DNA from: the human T2T-CHM13v2.0 reference genome, Homo sapiens | Direction: 5' to 3' (one strand) | Length of the DNA stretch: 64,000 bases | Assembly: GCF_009914755.1 (NCBI RefSeq) | Contig: NC_060938.1 | Part shown: positions 25,115 through 39,735 of the stretch, piece by piece | Position numbering within the stretch: the stretch's first letter is position 1 | Layout of the letters: each line of letters begins with the position of its first letter | Notes under the pieces: generated by a model | What the model saw: the letters and a program-made list of their open reading frames with translations, nothing else | Databases searched by the model: none | What the model was told of the DNA's origin: nothing | Translations under genes and position numbers: made by a program

Positions 25115-25260
25115 TATACTCTGCCACTTGACAGAAATTTGCCTTGGGTGTCACTTCCACACTCTGAACCTCAGTTTTCTTCTCTACTAAGTGAGGACAA
25201 TCACACGTGTTCTGCCATCAAAAGATTTTCTCTAAGGATCAAGTAAAGTCATGACTCTGA
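25115..25260 (+). mobile_element. MIR fragment
   Basis: ctctgccactt...ccttggg...ctctgaacctcagttttct. Confidence 0.6.
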
Positions 25261-26283
25261 AATCAAAGTTTTGAAAGTCTAAAGACCTTTGTGTTTGTCT
25301 TTGTTTCCTTAAAATCACTATTGGTTTCTTGTTGCTAATACTAATAACACCCATATCTGAGTATCAATTATGGCCCATGCACAGCATTAGTCACCTTTAT
25401 ACCTAGTGCCTTTAATGTTATACCTGGTGCCTTTAATGTTCACCACAATTCCTAGTTTATGATAGTCAGATCTGGGATTTGAGCAGAAGCCTGTGATTTT
25501 TTTCTTGACATCATAATACTTTGAATGCTGGCATCCATGTCGAAAGAAAGAAAAATTGGGGTAAGAACTAGTTTGACTATAGGATTTAGTTTAGAGGTCT
25601 CATTCCTAAAATGACTGAACCTTTGAAATCTATAAATAATAATTACAGAGCTGCATTTATATGCAGAACGCTGTACTGAGCCTAGATACAGATATCGATA
25701 TAGGGTTCCTCTTCAAGAAGTTAACAGCACAAATAAAATATGCAGACGTTGCATCTCGAGCTTTATATAGAAGAAAACAAGGCAAAACCATAAGGCAAAA
25801 ACAAGGCACCAGAGAGCTTTGGTAAGAGATCTTTTGCTGTTTTGATTTAGTATTTCTCAAAGTTCTTGTTTGTGCAACTTCTATGGAGAACAAATCTGGA
25901 ATTAATCTATTACTGAGTAGTTACACATGAGTAATATAGATTTCGCAGTAAAAACATTCCTATCATTTTGCCTTGTGAGCAAATACTAGGGTTTTAACAC
26001 TTGCAAATGCACCAACAAATATGAAATATGAGAAGCAGAAAAGGCATAGTAACTGGAGTATCAAATGCAACACAAGTGTAATCACTGCCAGGTTGTAATT
26101 TACCTTATTTAGATCCACGGTGAGTCAATGGAGTTTTAGGGAAGCTTCTCTGAGTCTCCTAATACAGACACTACTACTACAGTCTATTTTACCTGAAACA
26201 ACTCCCTTCCTCAACACACAGCCTCCCTCCCACTACCCACATTATTTTACATTATCTCTGTTGAACTTAACCACCAACTGAAA

Positions 26284-26860
26284 CTGTATTAAAATTTCAT
26301 TGAATTTGCAGCATCTTTAATTATAAGACATTTCCTTATTTTGAGTACACTTAAAATCACCAATTACATTATATTCTTTTATTATTTAAGTTTTTAAATT
26401 TTATTTTGAAAAATCTTTCCAACTTGATTATGTTTTAAACATAAGTAAAATAAATATATATTTATTTCCAGAATATCATCATCTTGTGCCATTACAGCAT
26501 TAAAGAGATAAAATTTCTTTTTATAAAAGGTTTCACCCTTGTCTCTGGGACTCTTTCGAAGGCCCTAATACCATTCTATAAGTGTTAAGAAAGGTGCTTT
26601 TAAAAATCTTGCCAGAAGGCATCAACAGAAGATTTTAAGACATAAACTGGGATTTATATTCTTTCTTTAAATGGTTTTTTAATGATTCATGGACTGACAT
26701 GTGAAAGGGCTGAGGTTGTCTCTTTATGCCATCAAAAATAACAGCCAAGGTAACATATACATAGGTCATAACACATTACCACTGCAACCTGGGCTACTAT
26801 AAATAAAAGAAGGTATTCCAATTTCAGAGATGTTAAAATTAGCAGAGAAAATGAAATACA
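26284..26860. mobile_element. Probable TcMar-Tc2 (Kanga/MER104-like) DNA transposon remnant within L2 sequence
   Basis: atttcagagatgttaaaat...atgaaataca at the right end; L2-like sequence on both flanks (~26130-26280, ~26880-26990). Confidence 0.4.
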
Positions 26861-29405
26861 ATATTATTAAGTTTTCAACATGTGTAGTTTCTTTCTCATC
26901 CCACTGCAATATAGCTCCTTGAGGGTGGGGCTCTATCTTTAATTTTTATCCATGCATTAGGTAGAATATTTCTCAATACATACATTAAATGCACACTTTT
27001 AAAATTAAGGACGAATACAAGCTGAACACACTTGAAAGCCTTACAGGAATGTGGAACTATGGAGTACTTCAGTAAACAAGGGCCTTTTTAACCAGAAAGA
27101 CTTCTAACTCCCTAACCTACTCTGACACTGGCTATGTGACATGGCATAAATGTTGAAACATGTTAAACTTCAAAGTGGAAATAAAAACACATACCTTGTG
27201 GGTGATGATTTGTATGAGTTTTGACAGAGTATAGGGTAAACCTCTGTACAGGGTCTAAAGGTAGTTTCTGCTAAAGAGGAAGCATATGCCTTTCTCATCA
27301 CTTTCTATCTACAACTAATTGCAGCACCATGATCAGAATTCTTGTTGTGATGAGCTTTTTCCAGACCCTCACAATCTACACGATGGTGAAGGAGAAACCT
27401 GAAAAAAAAAATTGATCTCTTTGATTTTCCACATCTGGAGTTTGCTTTCTTCCTCTCCTCCATTCTAGTAGCTGAAACCAGGGTGGGGGCGGTGGGGGAG
27501 GGAAGAAAAAAAGATAGTTCTAAGAGGCAGGGCACAGTAAAGACAGAAAAAAAAAACCCTAATTTATTCATTCTCTACAACTTGAAATAGAAAGTATATT
27601 GTTATTATTTTGATGAGTTGTAAGTTTGTGAGGTCTCATCACAGATAATTCCCCAAATCCTTGCTTTGAAGCTATCAGTGTCATGCTGCAACTGCTTCTC
27701 TGAAGAAAGGAGTCAGATGGAATTAAAGTTTGGAAAGAAGAGTTAGTCTTTATATTGCAATTTTCACCTTGTGCCTGGCAGCTTATAGCAGCTCAAAAGA
27801 AGTCCTACGGAGCCAGTAATCAAGAATGAAGCTGAGTAGGCTTTCAAATTAAACCAGATTTTAGGTAGGAAATTAAGGCACAGAATGTGATGGCATTCCA
27901 TGCAACTCAAAGAAAGATTCAGTGCTGGATGTAACATGTGAAACAATTTTCAGGTTTTATTACCTAACTACTTGATAATTAGTCACTGTCTCCAATGCAT
28001 TATTTATATGTACATGTTTAACTTGCCAATATATCTCATTATAACTTGTAAAATTTTACCAATGTGCTTGGAAAGAATAATATATGTATTAAATATTTTA
28101 TAGCACTCTTATTTTCCCACTGATAACTACTTCAGAAACAAATAGGAAAGAAATTAAAAGTCTTATTTAATATAAGTTGGAAACAAGCAAAGGGACTCCT
28201 ATGATTGAGCCAAAGTGAGTTCAACATTATATACCATAATATGTGAAGGAGACTGTGAATTCAGTAGAGTGTTCTAAAACCATAAAGGTAAAATAAATGA
28301 AAATATTTCATTTAAATGTTGAAACCTTCAAGAATAGAAAGCATGTCAGTAATCTCAAGAGAATAGATGTCAATGTTGCAGCTTTCAAGGAACTAGATAG
28401 ATGGCAGTATTGTTAGAGCATGTCTATGACATTTATTTTTAATGGCTAGAAGGGATTTTAGTTCCAAACTGAGAAATAGTCTTCAAATAATTCACTAGTT
28501 TGTGTTTAATTCCACATTTGGCTTGAAATATTCTATAAATTGCATACCATAAAGGTGCGTGTTTATAAGTGAGAAGTGTCTTTTCATACATAAATATTGC
28601 TTTTCCCAAACTTAATTCTGTCATACAAATATTTTGAAAAGCTTTTGTTGATTTTCCACCATCCTTTGCAGTCCTCAAGTCATGGTGGTCTCAAAATCCA
28701 GGCCATTTAAGTGCCTGCTTTATTTTTACCTAACACATTGGACCACGCACAGTCTAATGATGTCAGAGAATAGACTAGATTCATGTCTTATATCAAAATA
28801 AACTCTTTAAAAGAATAGGAGTTAGATTTTAAAAAGAAAAATTACAACTTTCCATATCTTTTTTCTTTAATGTCTTTCTATAACTCATAAAACCATGAAC
28901 CAATTTGAATGTTTAGCTTCCCTTCTGGTTTGATTTCTTTCATGCCAAGTGATACTCGAGGGAGCATTTCACCTGGTGCTATAATGGGAAACTTGGCAGA
29001 CCTTAATATATCACTGCACTGTTTTCCTCAATTATATACTTTTTTCCGTGTGTTTTTTGGACATATTTCAGATGGTCTTGACCATTAATTCTCTGTAAAT
29101 GAATATTCTTCAGAAAGTTACTTTTAAATATCCTTGCATAGCAATTTTATAGCCCCATGATAGACCTTATTACCAAGATAGACAAAATTACTGGTTAGTT
29201 AGTGTATAAAGATGTTATATAGAGATGAAGCTTGTTGAAATTACTTGATATGGATATGCTAGTTAAAACAAACAATTGAATTTTCCATTCTCTGTCTACT
29301 TTTTAACTTAATTCTTGAAGGGCTTTGAACAGTAGAGTGACATATATTTTGAAAGACAGGACAAGACAGACTATCTAAGGAAATAGCCAATGTTGACTTA
29401 AAGTC

Positions 29406-29763
29406 TGATATGGTTAGGCTATGTCCCCACCCAAATCTCATCTTCAGTTGTAACTCCCACAATTCCCATGTGTCATGGGAGGAACCCAGTGAGATTGAAT
29501 TATGGGGACTGGTCTTTCCTGCGTTGTTCTCATGATAGTAAATGAGTCTCACAGGATCTGATGGTTTGAAAATGGGAAACCCGTTTTGCTTGGCTTTCAT
29601 TCTCTCTCTTGCCTGTTGCCATGTAAGACGTTCCTTTCACCTTCCACCATGATTGTAAGGCCTCCCCAGACACGTGAAACTATAAGTCCAATAAACTGCT
29701 TTCTTTTGTAAATTGCCCAGTCTTGAGTATGTCTTTATCGGCAGTGTGAAATGGACTAATACA
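29406..29763 (+). mobile_element. THE1 (THE1B/C-like) solo LTR
   Basis: tgatatggtt.ggct.tgtccccacccaaatctcatc...ggactaataca; TSD aagtc at 29401-29405 and 29764-29768. Confidence 0.92.
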
Positions 29764-29784
29764 AAGTCCTATGATAGATAATGA

Positions 29785-30105
<321 letters not shown>

Positions 30106-30381
30106 TGAGTTTTATTCTTGGCTATTTTATATATTGTCGGCCTTATTCTATCATTCTGACATTTTTGTTCTACATCTTTATTTACTCATTTATACAGCAA
30201 CTATTTTGAATATCCATTATGTGCCAGGCAGCATCTCATTTTAAGGGAGGGGAACTAACTATAATAAAACAGGGCATTTAAAATGTGTTGAAAATAATAC
30301 CAAGAGAGAAATGCACACTGTATATGGAAGTCTAGAGGGAAAATAATTAACCCAGACTTCAAAATGAAGAATGATTCCCTA

Positions 30382-30915
30382 TGAGGTAGGAGATCAGCAG
30401 AACTTGTTTTCCAATCCCCATTCACAACCCTGCTGAACAAAACAGGATGTAGCAAAGAAATAGGCTAAAACCAGCTAGGACCAAAGGTGATGGAAGCAAT
30501 CTCTAGTTGCCTTTATTGCTAATTATACGTGAATTATAATGGATTAGCATGCTTCAAGACACTCCCACCAGCACTATGACAGTTTACAAATGCCATGGCA
30601 ACAATCTGGAAGTCACTTTATATGGTTCCAGGAACTCCCCACCCTTTTCCAGAACGTTTGTGAAAAATCCACCCCCTAATTAGCCTATAATTAAGAGTGG
30701 GTATAAATGCAGCTAGCCAGTAATCCAAGAGTCATTCTGCTTATGGGTCATTCTGCATATGGGCTAACACTAAACTGTCCTTGGAGCAGCTATTTTGCCA
30801 TCCTCTGTTGCTCTAATAAACTTTCTTTCATTGTCAGCTTGCTCTTCAATTCTTTCCTCAGCGAATCCAAGAACCTCCTTGGGCTAAGCCCCAATTTTGG
30901 GGTTTATTTGCAACA
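30382..30915 (+). mobile_element. MER41-family ERV1 solo LTR
   Basis: agacactcccaccagca..atgacagtttacaaatgccatggcaac core; TATA-like gtataaat ~30702; aataaa 30815-30820; 3' gaatccaagaacc...gggctaagccccaattttgggg; TG...CA ends. Confidence 0.8.
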
Positions 30916-33900
30916 TCCATGAGAAGTGACAGTCACACTGAAATTTAATGTCCGAATAACAGTTAGGACTAAAGATAATTAGCACGGGGGATATTTTAAG
31001 CACATGTAGGACCTTTTTCAGTAAAATAATTATGGATCAAGGGGATGGAAGGGTGTGTTTCAGAATATTTTGTTCTGCTCTTTTAACTGTCAGTCAATTT
31101 ATTTTGGTCATCTTCATAGTTATCAACTAATCCTGCAAATTCTAAATGCCTCTCAACTGCCCTTGGATATGTGTATAATAGAATACGATTAATTCTTATT
31201 TAACACTGCCTGTGACATTTTCTGCCTTTTGAGGAAGGAAGAAAGGTGTCAAATTTATTTTGTTGGCAAATAATTTTGTATTACTCTGTACAAAGAGATT
31301 GGTGGGTAGTAGAAAGGAAAGGTTAAATCTGCAATCTTTCACTATTTCTTCAATGCTGTTAAACTAAGAAAAAATTTAAAGCACATTAGAAAGGTAAAGA
31401 TAGGCTCAGAGATCTGATCAATAGAAAGCTAAGAAGCAAGGCAAAATAAAGAAAGGGAGATGGGGTTTATGGGAGTTTTAAACAGGAGAAGAGGCTAAGC
31501 AATTTGGATAGGTGGCCAAAGCCATTTAAGAATAGCAATAGCTATTGTTTAATTTGGATTTGTTTGGGTTTTGTGATTATATACCTTAACATGGCCATAA
31601 ATCTTAAACAAGGACGTGAAATGCACAGATGTCTGGCTTTTGAGGAGAAACAAAGAGTAGAGTTGATTGCACAGGTGGTTTAGTGTGGAACAGAGCAAAG
31701 AGAAGGGAAGAAACCAGTGGATAAAGTGATGTTCTGTGGAGGACATCAGGCTGTTCCAAGGATATGGCTCAAAGGACTGAAGACAGTTTGGTACAAATAT
31801 CAAAGGCAGGATGTCTTCCACTGACATCTGGTTGGCACAGAACATTTGAAGAAATAGCATGCAAAGTTTTTCTGTATGTAAGACAACACTGTAAATTCAA
31901 CTTCCAATTTTTTTGTGCTATCAGCAGCAATAATCTCAAATCGTTAATCTACATTACATTTTTTTTAAAAAATTTGGTTTTAAAAGTATTTTTCATTTGA
32001 TTTAACTTTTTAATTATATCTTGCTCAGGCTTACATTAAAAGCACAGACTAGACAAGCAATAGGAAAAGAGAGCTAAGATTTTTACAAAGTGTATATTAT
32101 CTTAATGTATGTAACTGAAAATGACTGCATTTTGAATACTATATTTTATTTTTATATATTCAAACAGTTGTTTTTGCTTAAAATATCTTTGATCAGTCAT
32201 CCCACACACTTACTGAAACCAACTAAATATATATATTTTGTTTTTTCTACTATTAGATAAGTGTTAATATTCCCTAAACAGTTCTTATGATTGCAAGCTA
32301 CAAGTATGCAAAAAGCAAGTACAACGACTATAAATCTTACCCTTATGAATGTGTAGAAAATAATTCCTAAACAGCTGAAAATACAGTTCATTATTGTGCT
32401 GCACTTTTGTGCCTGTTTGTAACTTTCTTAGGGCTACAGAAATATAAACAAATTTTTGTGTCTTGTTACTTAAAAAACAAACACTGGGCTTTGGTTCTTG
32501 TAGGAATATTGCTTAGTCTTTGTACTGTGATACCACTGAAGTCTAGGTTCCTAAAAACCTAACAAGATCATATAATCCATTTTTTTTTTATCCCTTGTGG
32601 TGTTTACTTTTTGCATTTCATTTAGTTTTGTCAATAAAAACACTCAGGTCTTTCAAAGTATAATCAGTATTTTATTTTATTATTTTTAAATTTTAACTTT
32701 TTAATGCTTCGCATAAACATAAAACCATTCTCAGTGGGTCTCTGGGATGGCATTTAAAGGCTTAAACAAATCAAAAATCTGTATTCAGTTAATGCCAAAA
32801 ATAAACTCATGATGTTATTTTATTCTTATTAGGTTTTCTAGCTCTTCAGTCTCCACTCTTCTGTGAAACTGAAATTATAGATCAAAGCTAAGTGGTCAGT
32901 GTCTTTTTAATTTTAAAAGCATGCTGTAAGAGCAACTGACCTCTAGCCCATACAATTTGGATGTGATCATGTCATTTAGAAGATGCCACTGCACCAACGA
33001 CCCATAGTTGAGTTTTGGAATAAGAGATGTCTCCAAACTCACCACAATGCTGTCTACATGCAAATGAAAATTTTGAAGAACTACTCTTGCGTGGAAGTTA
33101 ATTCAGCTTGATTCTCTTAGAACTCTTCTCTTTTCTTAGATTAGAATTGTTGTTTCAGAGCAAAATGTTCTTTTATGGCAATAACAAATTGAAAGGAGAA
33201 AGAAAGAGAAGATACCTCTAAACACACTAAAATTGTATCAAATGTTTCCAAATCCATGTCTTTCCTAAGGGTTTCTAAAAAAATTCTAAGTCTTTAGTAA
33301 CTGTTGGCCACTTCAGTTCAGTCTTGAATTGCATTCTATTGAAAAATAGAGTAGAGAAACAGCAAAAAATCATAACTAATGAGATTTCTATGGTGACAAA
33401 ATGTTAACTCATTTGATTTTCCTGAAATTCTGGCTACAAAGCAATTCCATACACATTGCTAGATGTTGCCCGTGGCTTATATTAGAAATGTCACTTGGCT
33501 GAAGCTCTTTGAGGGTATTACATATGTGTACAATATACTGCTACTCCTCTAGGGTAGAGGATTTCATTGTATGATCAACAGCCTGAGGACTCCTGCATTG
33601 AACTTGAAAAATATTGGTTTGTCAAAGTGAATGCTGTACTCAGTGAATGTATGTGATCCCAATTTTATTTTCTCTTGAATGTACATTATCCTCCTACTTT
33701 TATCATGGTGCTCATTCAGAGAGCAACATTTCTCTAATTTAAATGAAAAGTAAGAGATTAAATTGGAAAGGAAAAGCATAGTTTGAAAATCATTCAGTGA
33801 CTCTTCCTGAATACACCACAAAACTACAAGGAACAACAAATAATTGGAAACACAGTTATGAGTGTCAAGTTCCAAAGGCTGTTTTTCTGGTTGCCTTACT

Positions 33901-35305
33901 TTATTCACCTGCCTGCTGAACTTGATCACTCACCCAACATCTATCTGCCAAACACTGCTAATCTCAGTGGAGAAATCAAAGGGATGTAAAATACTGTCTT
34001 GTTTATAGAGAAATTATAAGCTAGTATATGTAGACAACTAGTCACAGTTCAAAACCAAAATACATGAAAGTTATATAAGTGATACCTATGCTTCATGTGA
34101 GACTGTGCCTGTGGGGGGGTGTGCACAATATATGATTAGTGCATAATCTTTTTATCCTCATACACAGGGATGTTGATATATATTCATACAAACAAATTAA
34201 CATTTCAAAATCATACACACAAAGGTCAACAATAATAAACTATAGATTATTTGGCCTCCCTACCAAAATAGAATAAGTATAAATTTAATGTGTTTTGAAG
34301 CAGTCTCATTCATTTTTCTACAGAAACATGTTATACTGCTCAGGGTAGAAACAAGGATGGATAGATCCATTGTGCCTTATGAGCACTCCATCTTTTCTTG
34401 CCAAGCACATCAAAGAGTGTAGTTTCTGTCAGCAGGAATTATGTGATATAAATATCCCCACGATGGGCCAGTCTGAAATCTTCTCTGGAATTCTGGGGTC
34501 TTAATTTTTCTGTGAGACTAAAGAGCAACAACCCACAACTTTCAGAGGAGAATCAGTTCTGGAGAAAGACAATCCATCGAGGTTGACTGGAAAGTTACAA
34601 TTTTTCATTTGGGACATTCTGACTATGTTTAAGTAGCGCAGAAAGAACATTAAAATGGTAGATTCAAGGTATAGTTTGTCAAGAGATGGGTGCTGGCATA
34701 GGGTCCTGGAACTGATGCTCTTTTCTGAGGGAAGGAGCTGACACCTTGTTCCTGATTCTTTCCTGAGTCTTTTCATGTGAAAGAAGTGTTTTTTGGAGGT
34801 TATTGGTCAGGCAAATAAAATATGGCCAATGAATACTAGCACAAGATTTACAAACAGTGACAAACTGTGTACTCCTGAGGTTAGTTAATGAACAAGACAC
34901 CCATTCTTGTACATATTATCATCCTTTGGTACCAATGCCTCCCCATATCCCTTTTTAAAAGCAAGTCACTTAAGTGCTACTTGTTTCATTAATGAAAAGA
35001 CCACTGTGATGCCGAATGATGAGGCGATGGAAGAAGGATTCACGTGAGGGATGATCAACAAGCATATGAAATACTGTCATAAGCTAGACTGAGGTCAGGT
35101 TTTAATTCCCTGGGAAAGTGGAATGGCAGAAGCAAAATCATGACAATAAAAATTATGGATTACGTTTGGAAAAGGTCAACATGTTCAGAGCATAGAATTT
35201 GTGTAGAGAAGTAACAGCATAAAATGGTAAACTTGGCCCAGAATCTCAGTTCCTGGAACTTACTCATACTTCCTTCTAGATTCTAGGGATATCAGTCTGT
35301 TTTTA

Positions 35306-35385
35306 CTAGGTTGGTGCAAAAGTTATTGCATTTTTTGCCATTAAAAGTAATGCCAAAAACTGCAATTACCTTTGCACCAACCTAT
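35306..35385. mobile_element. MADE1 (Hsmar1-derived 80-bp palindromic MITE)
   Basis: taggttggtgcaaaag...tttgcaccaaccta inverted repeats, 80 bp, flanked by TA on both sides. Confidence 0.93.
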
Positions 35386-35711
35386 TAATTCATTATATAC
35401 TGTTTAAAATATAGTGCATGCAGTCACTGTTCTCTACTGAACATTCATTGGTGAACAAGTTAGATCCTTTCTCTCAAGGAATTTTCATTCTAATGTGTGT
35501 ATTTAGGAGCAGGGCTGGGGAAGGGTTTGGAAACTGACAACAAATATAGGTGAATAAAAATATAATACATGAAGCAAAATATTTTTTGAGCCCTTCTTGT
35601 TCTGAGCATGCTTTACTAATGTGTTGGAGTCAATAGGATATTACCTGCTGATCTGAGTCTCCACTGAGGGAAGAGTGTTTCAGAAACAAGTGAAATCTGG
35701 AGGAAAAGACA

Positions 35712-36200
35712 TTTTATTTAGATATTTATTGAACACCTAGTGTGTGCCGTATACTCTTTTAGGGAGTACCTGTGATATAAGCAGAAAAATCTCTGCCCTT
35801 TGGAGTTTACTTTCTAATGGTAATAAATATACACATAGATCAATCAATCAAATACATAAGAAAAAATAGAATACATTAATTTCTGGTAAGAGCTCTGAAG
35901 AGGGCTAAAGCAGGGAAGAGGCATGGTAATGCGTGTTGATGATGGTATAATTTTAAAAAGGATAGTCAGGAAAAATTTCACCAGAAAGCTGACATTTAAG
36001 CAAAGAGCTAAAGAGTAGCCACGTGCATATTTGAAGGACAGGTTTCCAAATATAAGAAAAAGCAGAAAGCACATAGCCCCTTGTGCCTGGCATGTTGAGG
36101 CAAGAAGGTTCATGTGGCTAGAAGAGCCTAGCACGAGAGATTAGTAGGCTTTGAGATAGAGAGAAATGGGGAGCCAGACCACAGTGAATGTTGGAGTCAA
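35712..36200 (-). mobile_element. L2 3' fragment
   Basis: atatttattgaacaccta.tgtgtgcc...ctctgcccttt.gagtttact.tcta...tgacattta.gcaaaga. Confidence 0.65.
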
Positions 36201-36258
36201 TTTATCTATTAAGGAGTTGTCACACTGACCTACTTACATTGGAGATATTTTTAGAGGT

Positions 36259-36291
<33 letters not shown>

Positions 36292-37204
36292 GAGCAATAT
36301 TTTCTTGGTGGTGTCTGAACTAGTTTCATCCCCATTCTAATCACCTGACAAGAAAACTGAGAGGTAAGCTGTGGTTAAGTAGAATTCGTTAAGATGTTAT
36401 CTGAGGGGCTCAGAAACAGGCATGGAGCAATGTCCAACACTTTTTCTGTAGAGTTCTCCTGGTTGTGTTAAAGGTACCATATAAATCATAAAAGGAGAAC
36501 TATAGAAAATTTGCTGTTTTCTTCCAAATAGCAGTAAAGCCATGTTATCTTAATATGGAAGAAACCTACCTATATCATGTGTTTTATAGAGTAAGGGATA
36601 CTAGGTGAATCATTGTGATGGACATCCAACAGTGATTATGGAGATGGCTAAAACTAGTTTGGTTTTAACAGCAAACAGTGATAAGGATAATACTGTATTG
36701 TGTCTTACTCTTCTATCCAACTGACCATCTACTCATTAGATATCAAACTGCTCTTCTTGATCAAGAGAAATCCTCCCGGCTCTTATGATTCCTAGCGTGC
36801 CCAGTAGAGCCAAAAGCACTCACTCAGTAAATACTTGCAAAGTGACTAATAAGTGTGCCTCAGGTATTCTGAAATAATCGGTGGTGATTTAATTTAAATA
36901 TGTAAAAATAAATATTTTAAACAATTATAATCAATGGAATGCCATTTGCCTTAGAAATAAAGATAAGTCATTTTCTTAAAAAATATATGGTACAGCTGAA
37001 ACATGAGCATTCCTAACAATGGAATTTGAAGTTTGTAAGATTTAATTTATAATCTAAAGATCAAATGACTTATCAAATTAATTATATTCCTTCTAAATGT
37101 AATGTGCTAATAAAATTCACACAAGTATATCGCAATAGCTTTTTCAAGAAATATTTCGCTACTCTAGATGGAACTAAGTGGAGGACTTCTATGTGTCTTT
37201 CTGT

Positions 37205-37500
37205 GGTATGGTGAAAAGAACATTAGATTAGAAGGTAGAAAAAATGAGTTCTACCTTTGATGAATTTGTTAACTAATTTATATGACTTTTGAAAACCACC
37301 CACATATTCTTGCCTGCTTCCTCATCTATCAAACAGCTTTTGTCCAGAGGCCTTACCCTGTGCCCACATTGTTCTAAGCACTTTATGTATACGATCTCAT
37401 TAACTCTTCCCAATATCCATTATGTAAGACTGCCTCCTAATGAGAAGGTTAAGTTAAATTAGTTTGGCTATTTCTGAGGTCTGTTATAGCTCCAAAAATT
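37205..37500. mobile_element. Cluster of MIR fragments (both orientations)
   Basis: ttcctcatctat; tgttctaagcactttatgta...tctcatt. Confidence 0.5.
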
Positions 37501-39693
37501 CCAATTTATTCAAATCAGTGTGTTTATTTCCCCATGGAGCAAGAGAAGAAATACCGTGCACGAGCACATGTTAGTAGCTGACCACGCAGAGAATCTGATG
37601 CCTTTTCATCACCTGCCTTAGCAACTTAATGGCACATGATTATTGAACTAAAATTTTGATGCATAGTCTAGATTTCTCAACCTCTGGCTACAGAGTTGGA
37701 TATTACTGCATGAAATATTACTTCTATCTGTAATAACAGAATCACTGGGGGAATGTGAGTTAATTAGAACCTCACTGCAAAAGCTTGGGCAATAGCCCAT
37801 TAAATGTTACAACTTCAGCAAATACAGATTGTGGAAAAATGCTAGTTTCTAGAAATATGTTCACATTATTTTGTTATAGGACAACTTAACAATTCCTGTC
37901 ACCACTGTAACTTCACTAAGTGACTGTCGCTGCTGATCTTGAGGGAACAGAGATATTTACTAAAGCAACATAAAGCAATAGTTTTTATATTCCTTTTTTT
38001 CATTTGCACAAAGACATGGATTATATGATTAAAAGAAAATTGCCATAGGGTAACGATTCAATAAGCTACATGCACAAAATGATTTTTGGGGATATGTTTT
38101 CTTATCAACAAGAATAATTTCTCTTTTTAATGTGAAATATTTTCCAGGTAGTTTCAGTATAAAGAAGAAATTGCTTTTGTGTGTTTATTAATAAATGATC
38201 AGGTATCTCTATAAGAGAGCCTGGAACAAAAGAAATGTTTAAGTAGATAAAATATTATAATTTGTTTAAGTATAAAAGGAGAAGGAAAAACAGATTCTTA
38301 TTTAATAAAGGTTTGAGTACAAGCATGTTTCCTGTTACCAGCAATTATTACCTAACTTGATAAGCCAGCATGTAGTTATTGGAAAACGCTTGTGAAAATA
38401 GAGTATTACTTTACCACTATTGGCCTATAACTGCCTGTATGAATAGTCATGGCTCTTTATCACTGATTTTGCTTATGTCTCTGCTCTGATGAAGAAAGAC
38501 AAAACCGTGGGTGCCAAATTCTGGGAATAGAGCAGCTCAATTATCATTTGGACTCATTTGAATCCCACAGGACCACACCACGTTTACACGATTGATATTG
38601 ATTCAAGAAATAGACCTTAAATGAGCTGGTGTAACAGAGGCAAAATTAATCTTTGTTGAAATGTGAAAGAAATCATGATGAGGGAGGCTGGCCAAAGATT
38701 TGCCTAATGACAGGATCACGAATATCTATAATAGTTTTTAATATTTGCTCTAATAATTAACAACAGAAGTTTATATAAAGAGAGTTGGATAACAGAAGCA
38801 TTTAGAGAACCAGGTTTCATAGGACAGATGAGGAGATAGCCAAGGGAGGGTGTTCAGTATTAGAAGAGCATCTGATTATGAAATGTCTGAAAGGCCTAAA
38901 GATAACACATCAAACTCTTCATACAAGCTGTGTCATACAATTCAAGCTTTTCGTTTCCATTAATGTTTTATTTTGAATAAACTGCTATCTGTACTATGCA
39001 TTTTTATCCATGACAGCGGTGCTTGAAAAACTGTAGCTGTGGAAATAATAAATATATTAAAGGCCCAACCAGTTTGTAAAAACAGAAGAGGTTACTTAAA
39101 ATCAGAAAAGCAAAAGATAAGATTAGCAAAAAATGATATTGAGGGAAAATTAGAACAATTGTTAAAGAGATTGCCTATGCATTCCTGTACTAAATTCACT
39201 TGAATCAAAGGATGGTAAGAGCAAGTATTACTATGTTCCATTTGACATACTTTGCTTTACATTAGAACCAAGATTCCTGAAATTTTGGACCTCCAAGCTT
39301 TTGATATATAACTTTATGGGTGTTGGGCTTTGAAAAGTGAGTAGTATCTGACAGATGTTAGTGGGTAGGACTACAAAGGAGAAATGGTGCCATAGCTCAT
39401 GAATGAATTTTGTGTTACCACCAGGGGGTGAACTAGCAGAAGGCGCCCATGTGGGACTCCACATTGCACTGACGGGAATGGCCAAAGTGTTTCCGTAGTT
39501 GGCTGTTCTCATACTTAAATATAGGTATAGAAACATGGATCATGTTTGTAACAAGAGTACAGTAAACCTTTTTAGCTATTGAAGAATTTGGGTTTTCTGT
39601 AGGAAAGGCGAACCTATGGGAAACAATAAATGTATTTTCATAAAAATAAAAGTTATACGCATTTATCTTTTTATATTTATAAAATATTTATAT

Positions 39694-39696
39694 ACA

Positions 39697-39730
<34 letters not shown>
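39694..39730. repeat. (CA)n microsatellite
   Basis: Long uninterrupted CA run. Confidence 0.95.
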
Positions 39731-39735
<5 letters not shown>

